Below are positions 24,790 through 38,209 of a DNA stretch of 64,000 bases, piece by piece (the stretch's first letter is position 1; the number at the start of each line of letters is the position of its first letter). Origin of the DNA: Octopus sinensis. Its lineage: Eukaryota. The position numbers were made by a program, and so were the translations under genes. The DNA lies in assembly GCF_006345805.1 (NCBI RefSeq), contig NC_043012.1, forward strand, positions 5,208,001 to 5,272,000, in the 5' to 3' direction. The notes under the pieces were generated by a model, which was given only the letters and a program-made list of their open reading frames with translations, made no database searches and was not told the origin of the DNA.

Positions 24790-26040
24790 AACTATTTGGT
24801 TAATTATTCCTTATGGGAAACAAATTAAATCTAATCTTCCTTTGCAGTTTCGGGAAGCTATTATTAGGAATTTTCCAAAGAATTCTAGGTATTATTCCAT
24901 TATCAACTCACACACGGTTAGGATTGGTTTTTCCAATACAAAAAATCTCTTACAAATTATTTCCTCACATAATATCAGCCTGTTAAATAGAGATACATTT
25001 ACTAATACTAACATTAATTTAGCTAACAACATCCATCCCCCTAGAAATATTAATAACAAGGTTATTGTCTCTGAAGTCAATTACAACAGAATCAAGTTTA
25101 TGTCAAGTAACTATAAAATTAAAAATTCTATATACCAGTGTAAAATTACTTCAGGTAACGATGTATGTTTTATATAGGCATTTCCTCTTCTCAGTTACCT
25201 AAAATAATTTCTAATCATTACTCTACATTTAGGGATATGAATAAACGTAACAGTACAGGGCTTAGTAAATTAATTTGGTATCTAAAAGACCACAATAAAC
25301 AATTTAATTCATATTGGTTGATTCTCTGAATTTCGATCCCTTCTGATAAATGCAAGGAATTCTGTCTTCTCTGTAATTCTGAATTATTTTTTCTTATTTT
25401 TTCTAAAATTCCCCTTGTAAACACGGTTATAAAGTGTGCATACCGATGTAAACATTGGTAGAAACACACCTTTAGTTCATATAAGTGATAACTATCAATA
25501 TATATAATTTAAACATTAATTTTTTCTTACATTTCACATTCACTAGATATATCTTTTCCCAAGACTTTAGGGTTTTACTTAATTTAAATATCGTTATATA
25601 CTTCTCATATTTGGTTCTTTCTTTCCTTTACCCTCCTCTTTCTATAGGCTACCTTTGACCTTATATCCTCTAACGTTATTTTTTTAAACTTAATAGCGTT
25701 CAATTAATCACTATACATATCCATCATATTCTGTTAAAATGTCTTATTGACGAGTTTCATTTCTTCATTTCCCTGAAGAAAAGATTATATTGTTTTATAC
25801 CATTTTATTCCTTTTTAATAATACCAGTGATATCTTCGAAACGTTTGTCAGAAGCAAAAGAATTTGAATAACACCTGCGTTTAACTCCATTTATTTATTT
25901 ATGTATATTATACAAAATATTTCACGTAAACCTGGAGTTTCTACCTTTAAAAACAAGGAGTTACACCCTTTTTACTTGTGTGATTTATTGCTACCATGGT
26001 AACTATTTATCTATTTTTTCCGTGTTAATTGTTAACAAGG
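24790..26040 (+). mobile_element. Penelope-like element 3' fragment (GIY-YIG pseudogene plus hammerhead-bearing terminal repeat)
   Basis: FPKNSRYYSIINSHTVRIGFSN..IISSHN, SIYQCKI...FI*/GIS (GIY..YIG-like), NSTGLSKLIWYLK, CLLCNSE, CKH. Hammerhead-like CTGAAGA-AAAGAT...ATCTTC-GAAAC-GTTT-GTC at 25773-25849. Confidence 0.75.
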
Positions 26041-26052
26041 GAAAATACACAC

Positions 26053-26091
<39 letters not shown>

Positions 26092-26398
26092 AATTCTTAC
26101 ATACATATATGCATGCATACATCTGTATATATGTCTGTGTACGTGTCTCTGTGTGTCTCTACCTATCTATTTATCTAGCTATCTATTTATAGGTATGTGT
26201 GCGTGCGCGTGCGTGTCTGTGTGCGTATGCGCGCGTGGGGTGCTCAAATTTTTCGCCTGCTAAACGATTTCAGCTTATAAAATGTTCATTCAGCAAGTAA
26301 ATGACGCGGAAGTGGGCGGTGTTATAATAAAAAGAAAAAAGAATGGTGGCTGTGTTTTAATTTCCTCCTCCAATAAAATTAAAACGTCTAGAATAATA

Positions 26399-26457
<59 letters not shown>

Positions 26458-26751
26458 ATTCGGCGGGTTTGGGAATGAAAGTGCTTCACACATGATTGTT
26501 ATTGATTAGAAATTATAGTAACCTCTAGATCTGATAGGCAGTACCTATCTGAACTATTTTCTCTCTAACGACACTGCTGTAATATAATCTGGTTTACAAT
26601 GAGAAATGTAATTGTACTTCACCCGACCAAACACATTTGATATCAGACGCCCTACAATTCCTGCTGCTGACTTTGAAACACGCACACACCACACACACAC
26701 ACACACACACCACACACCACCACACACACACACACATACACACACACACAC

Positions 26752-26783
<32 letters not shown>

Positions 26784-27809
26784 ACGCGTAATGGATCTCT
26801 GGTGGGTTCGTGTATTAGTATTCAGATCTTCAATAATTCGAATTATTATTATCATCACTAGCAGAAACACGGCTCTCCGAGCAGTTTTCTACAAGCCGCT
26901 GAATCCTATTTACACATCTGATTCTCAAACGTTTCTGATATGCTATGTCTAATTTTCCTTCCTACCATTTATTCGTCAAATAACACACACTCGCTCAATA
27001 AATTTTAGAATTATAGGAAGCCTTCAAAGGTGGGTTAGAATTATGAAGAAACCTCACAGTGAATTACAGTTAGTTCACTGAAGCTGAAATTTTCAATAAT
27101 AACAGATGTAATAAAACCCCATTTTGATAAAAAAAAAGTATATTAAAATTAGAATTTTAAAGAATTTTACAGACCGAGTAAACTTTGATAACTGCTTTCT
27201 TTAGTAACATTTACATATTCCCAACTGATTAATCCTTCCTACTGTAGGCACAAGGCTTGAAATTTTCATTTTACATTGACCCCAGGGCTCAGTTCTCAAC
27301 TGATATTTAGTGTATCAACCCCAAAGGGATGAAAAGCAAACGTGGCATCGGTGGAATTTGAACTCAAAGCGTAAAGACGGACAAAATGTCGCTAAGCATT
27401 TTGTCCGGTTTGCCAACGATATGCTTGCTGGCCCGGCAACTTAAAAAGCAGCTCCGTTCATTACAGAACAGATGTAATAGTAGCTGATATTGCATAGACC
27501 CGTAGATCTGAAGTCCCTAATGTCATTTTCGCTGGAATGAGCTTCATGGTATGCCAAGCGTGACACAGTGTGACTTTTGAATTACAGGTTTAATCCAATC
27601 TATGCGCTTCCACTAAGTTTCCGTTTACATAGACTTTACTCGCAAACCTTGGGTAAACAGATGGTTGTGATACTATATATTTCCATACAATGCAGTACGA
27701 TGGATTTAAACAAGGGATCTCTTGATTGCAAAGCGGACATCATAAACATTTGGTTATGATGCGACAATGCGTGTGTATGTGTGCCCGCGCTAATACATAC
27801 ATACATACA

Positions 27810-27920
<111 letters not shown>

Positions 27921-27962
27921 ATATATTATATATAAGCATATATATATATATTAATATTAGAA

Positions 27963-28184
27963 GACGGCGAGCTGGCAGAAACGTTAGCGCGCCGGGCGAA
28001 ATGCTTAGCGGTATTTCGTCTGCGTTACGTTGTGAGTTCAAATTCCGCCGAGGTCGACTTTGCCTTTCATCCTTTCGGGGTCGATAAATTAAGTACCAGT
28101 TACGCACTGAGGTCGATGTAATCGACTTAATCACTTTGTCTGTCCTTGTTTGTCCCCTCTATGTTTAGCCTCTTGTGGGCAATA

Positions 28185-28191
<7 letters not shown>
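27963..28191 (+). mobile_element. SINE family B, full monomer
   Basis: Near-identical to 23917-24147. Confidence 0.9.
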
Positions 28192-28246
<55 letters not shown>

Positions 28247-28301
28247 TTTATAAAGAAATATATATATATTCATTTATATATACATATATGTATATGTGTG
28301 T

Positions 28302-28710
28302 GAGTGGCTGTGTGGTAAGTAGCTTGCTTACCAACCACATCGCTCCGGGTTCAGTCCTACTGCGTGGCACCTTGAGCAAGTGTCTTCTACTATAGCCTGG
28401 GCCGACCAAAGCCTTGTGAGTGGATTTGGTAGACAGAAACTGAAAGAAGCCCGTCGTATATATGTATATATATATGTGTGTGTGTATATATGTTTGTGTG
28501 TCTGTTTTTGCCCCCCCCCCCCACATCACTTGACAACAGATGCTGGTATGTTTACGTCCCCGTAACTTAGCAGTTCGGCAAAGGAGACCGATAGAATAAG
28601 TACTAGGCTTACAAAGAATAAGACCTGGGTCGATTTGCTCGATTAAATGCGGTGCTCCAGCATGGCCACAGTTAAATAACTGAAACAAAAGAGTAAAAGA
28701 GTAAAAGAGT
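28302..28710 (+). mobile_element. SINE family A
   Basis: Matches family A, with a (GTAAAAGA)n tail. Confidence 0.9.
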
Positions 28711-28827
28711 ATATGAAATAATTGAGATTCATTTGAATTAGGTACTTAAGTCAGTCCGGTATTATCCACACAGCCACAAGGAAGCTGAATAAGATCAAAG
28801 TAAATATATAGGTATTTATATTTTTAT

Positions 28828-29745
28828 ATGTACGTATGTATGTATGTATGTATGTATGTATGTATGTATGTATGTATGTATGTATGTATGTTTGTATGTA
28901 TGTATGTATGTGTGTATGTATGTATGTATGTATGTATGTGTGTATGTATGTATGTATGTATGTATGTATGTATGTATGTGTGTATGTATGTATGTATGTG
29001 TGTATGTATGTATGTATGTATGTATGTATGTATGTATGTATGTGTGTATGTATGTATGTATGTGTGTATGTATGTATGTATGTATGTATGTATGTATGTA
29101 TGTGTGTATGTATGTTTGTATGTATGTATGTGTGTATGTATGTATGTGTGTATGTATGTATGTATGTATGTATGTATGTATGTATGTTTGTATGTGTGTA
29201 TGTATGTTTGTATGTATGTATGTGTGTATGTATGTATGTATGTATGTATGTATGTATGTATGTATTTATGTATCTGTGTATGTATGTATGTATATGTGTG
29301 TATGTATGTATGTATCTATCTATCTATCTGTGTGTATGTATGTATCTGTATCTGTGTGTATGTAGGTATGTATATATGTATCTCTGTGGTTATCTCCTGT
29401 ATGTATGTATCTGTATAATGTGGTTTATGTATGTATGTATCTGTGTATATGTATGTAAGTATCTGTATGTATGTATGTATGTATGTATGTATGTATGTAT
29501 CTGTATGTATGTATGTATGTATGTGTGTATATGATGTAATATCTCATTATGTATGTATGTATGTATGCATGTATGTATGTATGGTAATGTATGCAGTATG
29601 TATGTATGTATGTATGTATGTATGTATCTGTGTATATGTATGTAAGTATCTGTATGTATGCATGTATGTATGCATGTATGTATGTATGTATGTATCTGTG
29701 TGTATGTATGTGTGTATGTATCTGTGTGTATGCGTATGTACATAC
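28828..29745. repeat. (TATG)n microsatellite tract, about 900 bp
   Basis: Read directly from the sequence. Confidence 0.95.
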
Positions 29746-30069
29746 ATGTTTATTGTGTCAGACGAAATAAAAGAAGCGCTCTGTTATACGTCATATTTAA
29801 ATGTCGCCTGCACTCATTGACCCTCCGATAATTATTTAATTCATTAACCACAACAAGAGCAAAGCAGCAACAAGAAGCACAACAGCAACGACAACACGAA
29901 TAACGAAAATAACACAATTGTTCCACGTTTCCTCCTTGGAGACACGTGTCGACGTGTGGGCTTGCATGCCTTTACAGTTATGTAACTCCAACTCCAGTAA
30001 CAACCCTCTCCAATACTCTTCCTAGTACTCTCCCTCCTCCTCCTCCTCCTCCTCTTGCTACTACTCCTG

Positions 30070-30112
<43 letters not shown>

Positions 30113-30172
30113 AACGACGACGGCTGCTGCGACTACTACTGCCGTTGCTGTTGCTGCCACTGTTCTTCTTGC

Positions 30173-30220
<48 letters not shown>

Positions 30221-30789
30221 AATCGGAGTTATCAAGAAACAACATCGAATTAGTTTATTAGTAATTATGTTCTAGAACATGGCATGTCAAAATCGATAAG
30301 AATTCCGGGAAGACAATAAAAATATTGATTTATCCAACCAAATATGGGTTGAAATATAATTCGGTGAGAAATTAGTTCGGTCGCCAGTAATTTGCTATGG
30401 TTTACTTAGTTCTACCTTTGACGTTTTGCTGGCGGGAATTTGAATCTTGTGCTGATCTACCGATGTGCTGGAGAGCGATATCTACTCGCTGTATCTATTC
30501 CACGTTAGCTATCAGATGGAATTAAGTTTTAATTTGGACGGCGAACGGTTTTCAGGCTAATTTCCTAGAAGACAATTAACAATAAGAGAAATTAAGTGAT
30601 TGATGTTGACTTTGTTATGGTTGTTGTTGTTGTGATGATGATGGTGGTGGTTATTTAGCTTCCAAACAGCCATCATCGAACAGACCTACAATGTGCATTC
30701 CAAACTTTGCAGACGTTTTCAGAAGAGACATTTATCAATTTCAAAGATGCACAAAATTTTAATTTCCTTCGAAGTAGGCTACTCTGATT

Positions 30790-30955
30790 TCAGGGCCTAA
30801 GGCTTAATGAAATTCTTCCAAAGTGAAGGTGTCGGGGGCCTTTTTTTCATTATTTGCAGCCTTTACCATCTTCAAAACGACTGCTTCTCCCGTTCTCAGT
30901 CTAGGGAACAGCCAAAAGTCACAGGGAGTAAGGTCTGGACTGTAGAGAGGCGTTC
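30790..30955 (-). mobile_element. Mariner transposase C-terminal fragment
   Basis: PLYSPDLTPCDFWLFPRL motif. Confidence 0.8.
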
Positions 30956-31032
30956 GTGGGAGACACACAGAGATACAAACACACACACAAATACACACAC
31001 ACATTGGTCATGTTTGGATTAACTATATGATA

Positions 31033-32094
31033 CGAGGGGCGTTCAATAAGTAATGGCCCTGACCCACTTCCCATAGCAGTAGAGCAACGACACTTGGCAC
31101 AGTTATTAGTCTTTTCCTACATAGAAACCACCCAGAGTTATGCATTTCTCCCATCGTTTGATACAGCTCTGGAGACCGTTTTGTAGAAGACCCCAGCTTG
31201 GTCCTCCAACCACGACGTGACTTCAGAAATCAAGGCTGCATCATCTGGGAAACGCTTTCCTTTCAAAATCACTTCTTCATGGCTGGGAAGAGGTGAAAAT
31301 CAGAGGGTGCAAGGGGGAGTGTTCATAGCTGCACGCCTGTGCTTCTGATCTGGCGACACGCGAGTTGTGGACCGGAGCGTTGTCCTGCAGGAGGAGGATG
31401 CCTTTGCTTGATCTTGCCCCGCCTCTTGATTTTGATAGCTTCTCTTAATTTCCTCAAAAGTGAAGCATAATAGGCTCCTGTAATTATGGTACCCTTTGCC
31501 AAGAAATCTGTCATTACTACTCCGTCCTGGTCCCAGAAGACTGTGAGCATAACCTTGTCAGCGGAGGGCTGCACCCTTGCCTTCTTTGGAGGATGTGAGT
31601 CACGGTGCTTTCACTGCATTGACTGGGCTTTGGTCTATGGATCATAGTGATGGACCCAGATTTATATCCTGTGTGATCAGTCTTTTGAAAAATTTTGACT
31701 CATCTTCTTGGCACATCTCCAAATTCATCCTGGAGCACTCAACGCGTTCTTGCTTCTGGAAAGGTGTGAGCAACCTGGAAATCCATCTGGCAGACACCTT
31801 TTGCATATGCAAATGGTCATGAATGATAGTTTCCACAGACCCGGTACTAATCTTGACCTTATGGGCTATTTGGCGAATAGTTATGCGTTGACTTTCCAAA
31901 ATGGCAGCCTCAACTTGACGGACAGATGCCTCATCAACGGCAGAAGGGGGCGACCAGATCTGGGAGCTGTTTCTACAGAGTTCCGACTATGTTTGAATTC
32001 ACAATTAGTTCAGTGCTGTAATTCGCCACTTAATCTATAGAGGTATAAATAAGTGCACATGCAAAATTTCAGCTAGATCAAACAACGCCCCTCG
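31033..32094 (-). mobile_element. Mariner element (irritans-like), internally deleted
   Basis: TA-CGAGGGGCGTT...AACGCCCCTCG-TA termini. KVSARWISRLLT, KVMLTVFWD, LLQDNAPVH, DFHLFP motifs, with frameshifts. Confidence 0.9.
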
Positions 32095-32175
32095 TATATA
32101 ACCGGACATATAATTTAACTGATCTATGCTTTAGAGTGTGCTTCTTTTTCGGATATACGATACACTGACGATATT

Positions 32176-32211
<36 letters not shown>

Positions 32212-32222
32212 ACACACACACA

Positions 32223-32454
32223 CAGGGTGTTCAAAAAGTCTCTCCTCAGAAAATCTTTTTCATTGAAGATGTATTTCAAAACATGTGTAGTAGAGTCAAC
32301 TTATTAATTGAAAATGAAATACACTTTCAACACCTCTTATAAAGCATTTTAAAGTATTGTAAAGTCTAATATATTCTTTTGTAGTCTTATATCATCTTAT
32401 AAATATTTATTCTGCAATAATATACTTACTGCGGAGAGACTTTTGAACACCCTA
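32223..32454. mobile_element. Tc1/mariner-type MITE
   Basis: TIRs CAGGGTGTTCAAAAAGTCTCTCCTCAG and CTGCGGAGAGACTTTTGAACACCCT around an AT-rich core. Confidence 0.8.
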
Positions 32455-32681
32455 TGTATGTATGTATGTATGTATGTATGTATGTATGTATGTATGTATG
32501 TATGTATGTATGTATGTATGTATGTGAGTGTGTGTGTGTTTTCAGAGAGAGAGAGGAAAGAATTGTGTAAAGCTTCGCGCAAAAAGAGCTACAAGAGGCA
32601 AAGTAGCTGTGATAGCAACACCAGTCTTCGCATGTCCCTTTCCTCTCCCACATATCTGGGCGACGATTGTGTTCACGGGTT

Positions 32682-32716
32682 CTGTGGAAGGAGTCCTAAC
32701 ACCGAAACGTCGGAAT
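32682..32716 (+). ncRNA. Degenerate minimal hammerhead-like motif
   Basis: CTGTGGA-A-GGAGT-CCTA-ACACC-GAAA-CGTC. Stem I is poor. Confidence 0.4.
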
Positions 32717-32943
32717 AGAGGGGAAAACGTCAACTGTTATTCTGTCTTCACTTTGAAATCAGAGTAATCTGAGAGAGGAAGGTTTTAGACAGATCAAAGA
32801 ATGAACTAAAGAAGAAAATAAAATGTTTAGAGAAAATCAAGTGAAAAGTAGGTTGGAAGGAAACGGGATGGAATACTGACCAACTACGGGTAGTAAGCTA
32901 CGAAATTCTTACATCCTCTCAATTTCCTAAGATTCAGAACGCC

Positions 32944-33297
32944 TCATCGTCTCAGGGGACAAAATGGAACTGGTGTTGCCCGGGAGGATGGTGTGGGAAA
33001 AATGCATCGGGACAACCACTCTGACTCACAGAGCCCACACTTGCGGACAGCCAACTCCGCCCCGATAGCGGTGAGAAGAGATATGGTCCAGGGGCTGTGA
33101 ATACCGGGGGTTTTCACTGCCACAGCCTCGACCATAAACCTGTCATAAAGCGAACGATATTTTGCCAGTTTGCTTTTCTCAGCCTGACGCTCAGCGGAGC
33201 CTAGGATGGTAGCTGGACACTCCAAGTTTCCGCTTGAGGTATTACAGCATGTGCCTCCCAGATGAGGGGTCTTTTCGCATTGTTTAAGGTTTATCAA
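32944..33297 (-). mobile_element. CRE-clade non-LTR retrotransposon C-terminal restriction-like endonuclease fragment
   Basis: Across frameshifts: RPLIWEA/TCCNT...GSAERQAEKSKLAKY..L...AVAVKTPG...IG...WL.../ILPGNTSSIL, resembling WDATC.DT..AE..K..KY..P.AVET.G..RGNA.S.L. Confidence 0.7.
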
Positions 33298-33299
33298 GG

Positions 33300-33340
<41 letters not shown>

Positions 33341-33846
33341 TGTGTGTATGTGTGTGTGTGTGTTTGTGTGTGTATGTGTGTGTGTGTGGTGTGTGTACAA
33401 AGAAGAAAATGCTTAGACAAAGACAGTATTTACATTTTTAACTAAGACGCTTCCGGTTTCGAACACTTTAAGAAAATCTAGTCATGCTGTAATGAAAAGA
33501 AAAGTAAATTGAAATAAATTAATTCAAATAAATATTTCATCGTATCCGTTCTGGAAGCTGGAAGTTCACGTTTTTCTATAAAAATGACAGTGGACTATAA
33601 ATTCGTTTCCTTCTGATAGTTGCTGGTTAGTAGTGGACAGCAATTGTAGCCGGATATCTATACAGAGAACGGAACAGAGGTACGTTATCTCGTATACCTG
33701 TTTAAAAGGGTGCGCCAAGTTGTGTTCCTTCACATGAAGATATGGGTGGCAACCATTCCTTAAAAATGAAATCGATATAAGGATATACCAGTGAATTCGC
33801 TGACACACTTGAAACAACATTTAATGAAATAACAGCTTATAGCCAG

Positions 33847-33851
33847 AAAAA
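33847..33851 (-). terminator. Pol III T5 terminator of the tRNA gene
   Basis: TTTTT on the minus strand, 10 nt 3' of the discriminator base. Confidence 0.7.
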
Positions 33852-33861
33852 TTAACAGTAC

Positions 33862-33934
33862 CGACCCTGGTGGGACTCGAACCCACAATCTTCGGTTCCG
33901 GAGACCGACGCCTTCTCCATTAGGCCACAAGGCC
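33862..33934 (-). tRNA. trnR-CCG: tRNA-Arg (CCG)
   Basis: GGCCTTG-TG-GCCT-AATGGAGA-AGGC-G-TCGGT-CTCCGGA-ACCGA-AGATT-GTGGG-TTCGAGT-CCCAC-CAGGGTC-G. 73 nt, all four stems pair, A20 Arg determinant present. Confidence 0.95.
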
Positions 33935-34804
33935 ACCTCCGATGATGGGGCCTTGCGTTTGAGTCTTTAAATCGTTTGTCGACTTTTCTCAAAGATGCTT
34001 TTGTTGCTGTTGTCATTATTGATAGTGCTGATGCTGTTGTTGTTGTTGTTGATGTGGTGGTGGGGGTGGTGGGGGTTGTGGTGGTGGTTGTGGTGATGGT
34101 GGTGGTGGTGGTGGTGGTGGTGGTGATGGGAGGTGATAGTAGTAGTATTAGTAGTGATGGTGGTGGTGGTGGCGGTTCTTGTTCCTATCGATCTGTGCGT
34201 TTCTAGTTCGTGGCTGTCACTACGGATATTATTGTTTGGTGGGATGAAGAAAGTAGAAACTAGAAAGAGAGTAGAGAGAAGAGATTGGGATAAGTAAGAT
34301 ACGAGGGAGAAGAGACAGAGGAGAGAGACAGAGAGAGAGAGAGAGAGAATAATGAGTAAAGACGAGTGGGAAATTTCAGCAATGAATGACAGACAGATGA
34401 GAGGAAGTTACGGAAGAAATAGTACAGAATATAGAGATGATGTGAGTTATGAGGGAGACGGGGAGAAGGAGTGAGAAAGTCAGTGTTATCGAGATTTAGA
34501 AGAGAAGACGAAAGAATAGAGACGAAGTGTGAGAGGGAAGAGGAAAGTACAAGTGACTGAGATAATGAGAAGGAAGAGGAGGACAGCTCCAAAAAGGAGA
34601 AGGCGGAGTTAAGAGAGAGTACATGTTGAATGAGAGGAATGTTGAGCAAGCGATGGTCGATAGTAAAGAACATACTGTTAGAAGCAATAATGTTTGTCTC
34701 ATTATAAAATAGTTTTATTAGAGAACCAACGAAGATGGTGATATGTGGCTATACATATGTATGCATGCATGTATGTATATATGTATGTATGTATGTATGT
34801 GTGT

Positions 34805-36010
34805 AAGCCCGGCGACTTACCCTCTTTGCAGTCGGCCAAAGCCTCCATCACCTCCACAGGCGTGATAGGCCCTTCGCAAGACTCCGCATCCGACCCCGAG
34901 AGACACGGCAGCCTGGCAAGGAAGTCCTCGAGGGCTCTCCCGCCATCAGGACCGCCGTCACCCCCCGAATAACTTGTCGAAGTACTCCTGAAAGGCCTCA
35001 CACATTTTCTCGGGTTCATTTACCAAGACACCATTTTTATTCGTCAAAGACCGAATAGTAGAACTATTTCCTTGCCGAGCTTCCACCACTCGGGCCCATT
35101 CAGCGGCCTTGATTTCTTCACTTCCCATCGCACGTAACTTAGCTTTGGCAATACTTCCCATGTGTTGGGCTTCAAGATGCTGGTTTAACTCCAGTCTTTT
35201 CACCCTCGCTTGGTCCGCATTACCAGTCCTCCAGGCATCTTCTAGTTCCTTAACTAGACCATCTTCTTGTTCTACGTCCCTTCTTAGCTAAACTTATGCT
35301 AAACCTAATAGGCTCATATTTGATAGCTCTTTTTAGGGCGTACCACCACATAGGGTCGACTTGAAGGTAGGACCTTTGGTATTCGTATTTTGGATGTCCT
35401 CATACCCATGTATATTGGTATTAAAATCATGTCTTCTGTTTCCAAGGATTTTACCGAATGCAGTTTCAATGTTTTATAGTTGTACCTCGATGGTACCGAA
35501 CTTTTTCCCTCTGGCTAGATATGTGATATCTTGCCAGATGGACTTTAGACATTTTTCTTCCTTCTCCTCGCTTACACACTCAATTTTTCTTCCTTTTCGG
35601 CAGTATGTTTTAAACATAATTGTTTTTTGTTTTTTGTTTTTTCTCTGTCAATAAAAGCTCTTCTGGCGGTTGAACCTTGACAACGCCGTCTTGAATTATC
35701 ATCATGTCCTTATACGTTAAAATGTCACTTTAGTTCGTCGACAGTTGGCGAGTTCTGTCTCTAGCCGCAGAAGCAAAACTTCTTTTCTGTTTACCCTGCT
35801 CCGTTTGAAGTCTTTTCACTTCGACACTCTTCCCTGCAACGTCACTCTTCGATAGTGGTGAGAATTCGCTCTCAGACGAATCCGAAACATCTTCCAAAAA
35901 TGCTTTTTTCACTTTTTGGGGCCTCTAAATCTGTCGAATCCTCGTCAGATAAATGCAAACTTACTGGGGAAAACACACAATAGTTTTCGAACAAAAACTA
36001 TTATACAAAT
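34805..36010 (-). mobile_element. L1/Tx1-clade LINE fragment (ORF2 tether region, with a probable ORF1 remnant upstream)
   Basis: WYALKRAIK..IRFS, IRSLTNKNGVLVNEPEKMCEAFQEYFDKLF, LPCLS..AESCEGPITPVEVMEAL...GKSPGL at 34805-35350. The ORF1 assignment of 35350-36010 is weaker. Confidence 0.75.
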
Positions 36011-36144
36011 TTTAAGAGGTACAGCAAATAAAACGGGCAACACCACGGAAACAGTCAATAGAAACTACACTTACTATACAGACGCACTTCAGCAACAATC
36101 CCAACACTTCCAACTCACACACACACACGAAATACCTACACCTA

Positions 36145-36372
36145 CCTTTACTACCCACAAGGGGCTAAACACAGAGAGGACAAACAAGGACAGACAAACA
36201 GATTAAGTCGATTATATCGACCCCAGTGCGTAACTGATACTTATTTAATCAACTTCGAAAGGATGAAAGGCAAAGTTGACCTCGGTGGAATTTGAACTCA
36301 GAACGTAACGGCAGGCGAAATACGACTACGTATTTCGCCCGGCGTGTTAACGTTTCTGCCAGCTTGCTGCCT
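36145..36372 (-). mobile_element. SINE family B
   Basis: Full head-to-tail match to family B. Confidence 0.88.
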
Positions 36373-36649
36373 TAACAAAAAAAAAGAAAAAAAACAAATA
36401 TAATTAAAAGTGGTATATATTGAACAATACACGGCATCCTGAGTGAAATCAGGAATCCTCGCAAAGCGAACGAACTTCGTCTGGATTCTATTCCAAGCAC
36501 TGAAAATTTCTTTTCACGAAAGTGGCTGCTAAATGTTCGGATGCCTGAGCAGTTAAGAAAAGAGTATTCGTCTTCGATGCCATTCATACATAATAGTGTG
36601 TAACCACGGAATGTTATTCCAAGTAATCTGTCTGTCATATGCTCCACGT

Positions 36650-36714
36650 GAATGCGAGATCTGCACTATCGCGAATGCGAGATCTGCACTATCGCGAATG
36701 CGAGATCTGCACTA
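36650..36714. repeat. 23-bp tandem repeat, 2.8 perfect copies
   Basis: GAATGCGAGATCTGCACTATCGC. Confidence 0.9.
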
Positions 36715-37629
36715 CCGTAACTGGTTAGTCGCAGTAATTAGTTTATACGGTAAAAGTTACGGATATGGATGCCATACTAAGCGGAACAACATCGAGTTTG
36801 TGCAATAAAATGACAAAGTAGAACATCAATTGAGACGTGTTTTTCAGAAAGTAGTTTTGCAAAACGCTTGATTCCAAGATCGATTTCCAAAACAAATACC
36901 TGTGAGTGAAATTTCGAAGTAGGAGAGTATATAACCATGCGCATGTATACTTATATTCTTTTTCTTTTAGATAGATGCGTATGTTGTAAACAGATATTTG
37001 TGTTTTGGTGCCAGAGCTTGTCTCGTGAATGCTGGTCCAAATGCACACAGCGATTCAACAGTAGATACGGATTTTTAAAAAATTGCTACATTGGTATGAT
37101 AAAAGAAATAGAGCAGAAAATTTCGATAAAGAACACGTGAGGACAATGCCCCGTCGTGGCCGCAGAACAGCGGTTGAAAACAGTAATTGAAAGAGAATAA
37201 AATAATTAGAAATATAACGGAATAACATGTATAAGTAAGGAGTGAGAATATCTCCAGGAAAAGTAAATCAATGACTGACCTTTCCGGGGTAATATTAGCT
37301 TCCGGTGGAGCCGAAGTGAAAGGCAAGGGAACGTAAAGCGTTTGATGAATGACAGTCAATTAAGATATTCATCAATTCCTTAATAAAATTCATTGAAAAA
37401 CTTGATAGGCATAACTAATGGATAGATAACTAACATATTAAGTCAGTGTGGGGTGACAGACATAATTGATTGAACTAAATATGAGATGTGTATTATGCGC
37501 GCGGGCGGACGCGTGTGTGTGCGTGGATGTGTGTGTGTGTGTAACTGAAACGTAATGTAATGTGTGTGTCTGTCCGAGTGCATGACTCTGCTTGTGCGTT
37601 GATATATATATGTACATACATACATATAT

Positions 37630-37663
<34 letters not shown>

Positions 37664-37700
37664 CAGTATACATATATATATATATATACATACCATATAT

Positions 37701-37741
<41 letters not shown>

Positions 37742-37952
37742 CATATACATATACATAGACATACATTATATATACATATACATACATATACATATATATA
37801 TACATATATATACATATACATATGCATATATGTATGTATGAGATGTTTTATGTAATGTAAAATACATGTGTGTACGTGTGTGCAGACATACATATATACA
37901 TACATACATATATATCACATACATACATATATATATATTTTTAGATACATAC

Positions 37953-37993
<41 letters not shown>

Positions 37994-38157
37994 TATATAT
38001 ACATATATACATATATATATACCTATGTGTGTGTATGTATGATATATTAAAACAACATGCGTATACGTCTATGCATACATATATATGAATGCATTTATAA
38101 GTTATATATATATGTATGGGTGTATGGTGTGCACACACACATATATGTTTAAGTATT

Positions 38158-38209
<52 letters not shown>

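Noticed and set aside
28828-29820. MYVC-repeat ORFs (also 50964-51874 and the YI-repeat ORFs throughout)
   Set aside because: Artefacts of (TATG)n and (TA)n tracts.
36375-37440. CpG-richer complex region as a possible exon or transposon interior
   Set aside because: Only short ORFs, and no motif I can recognise.
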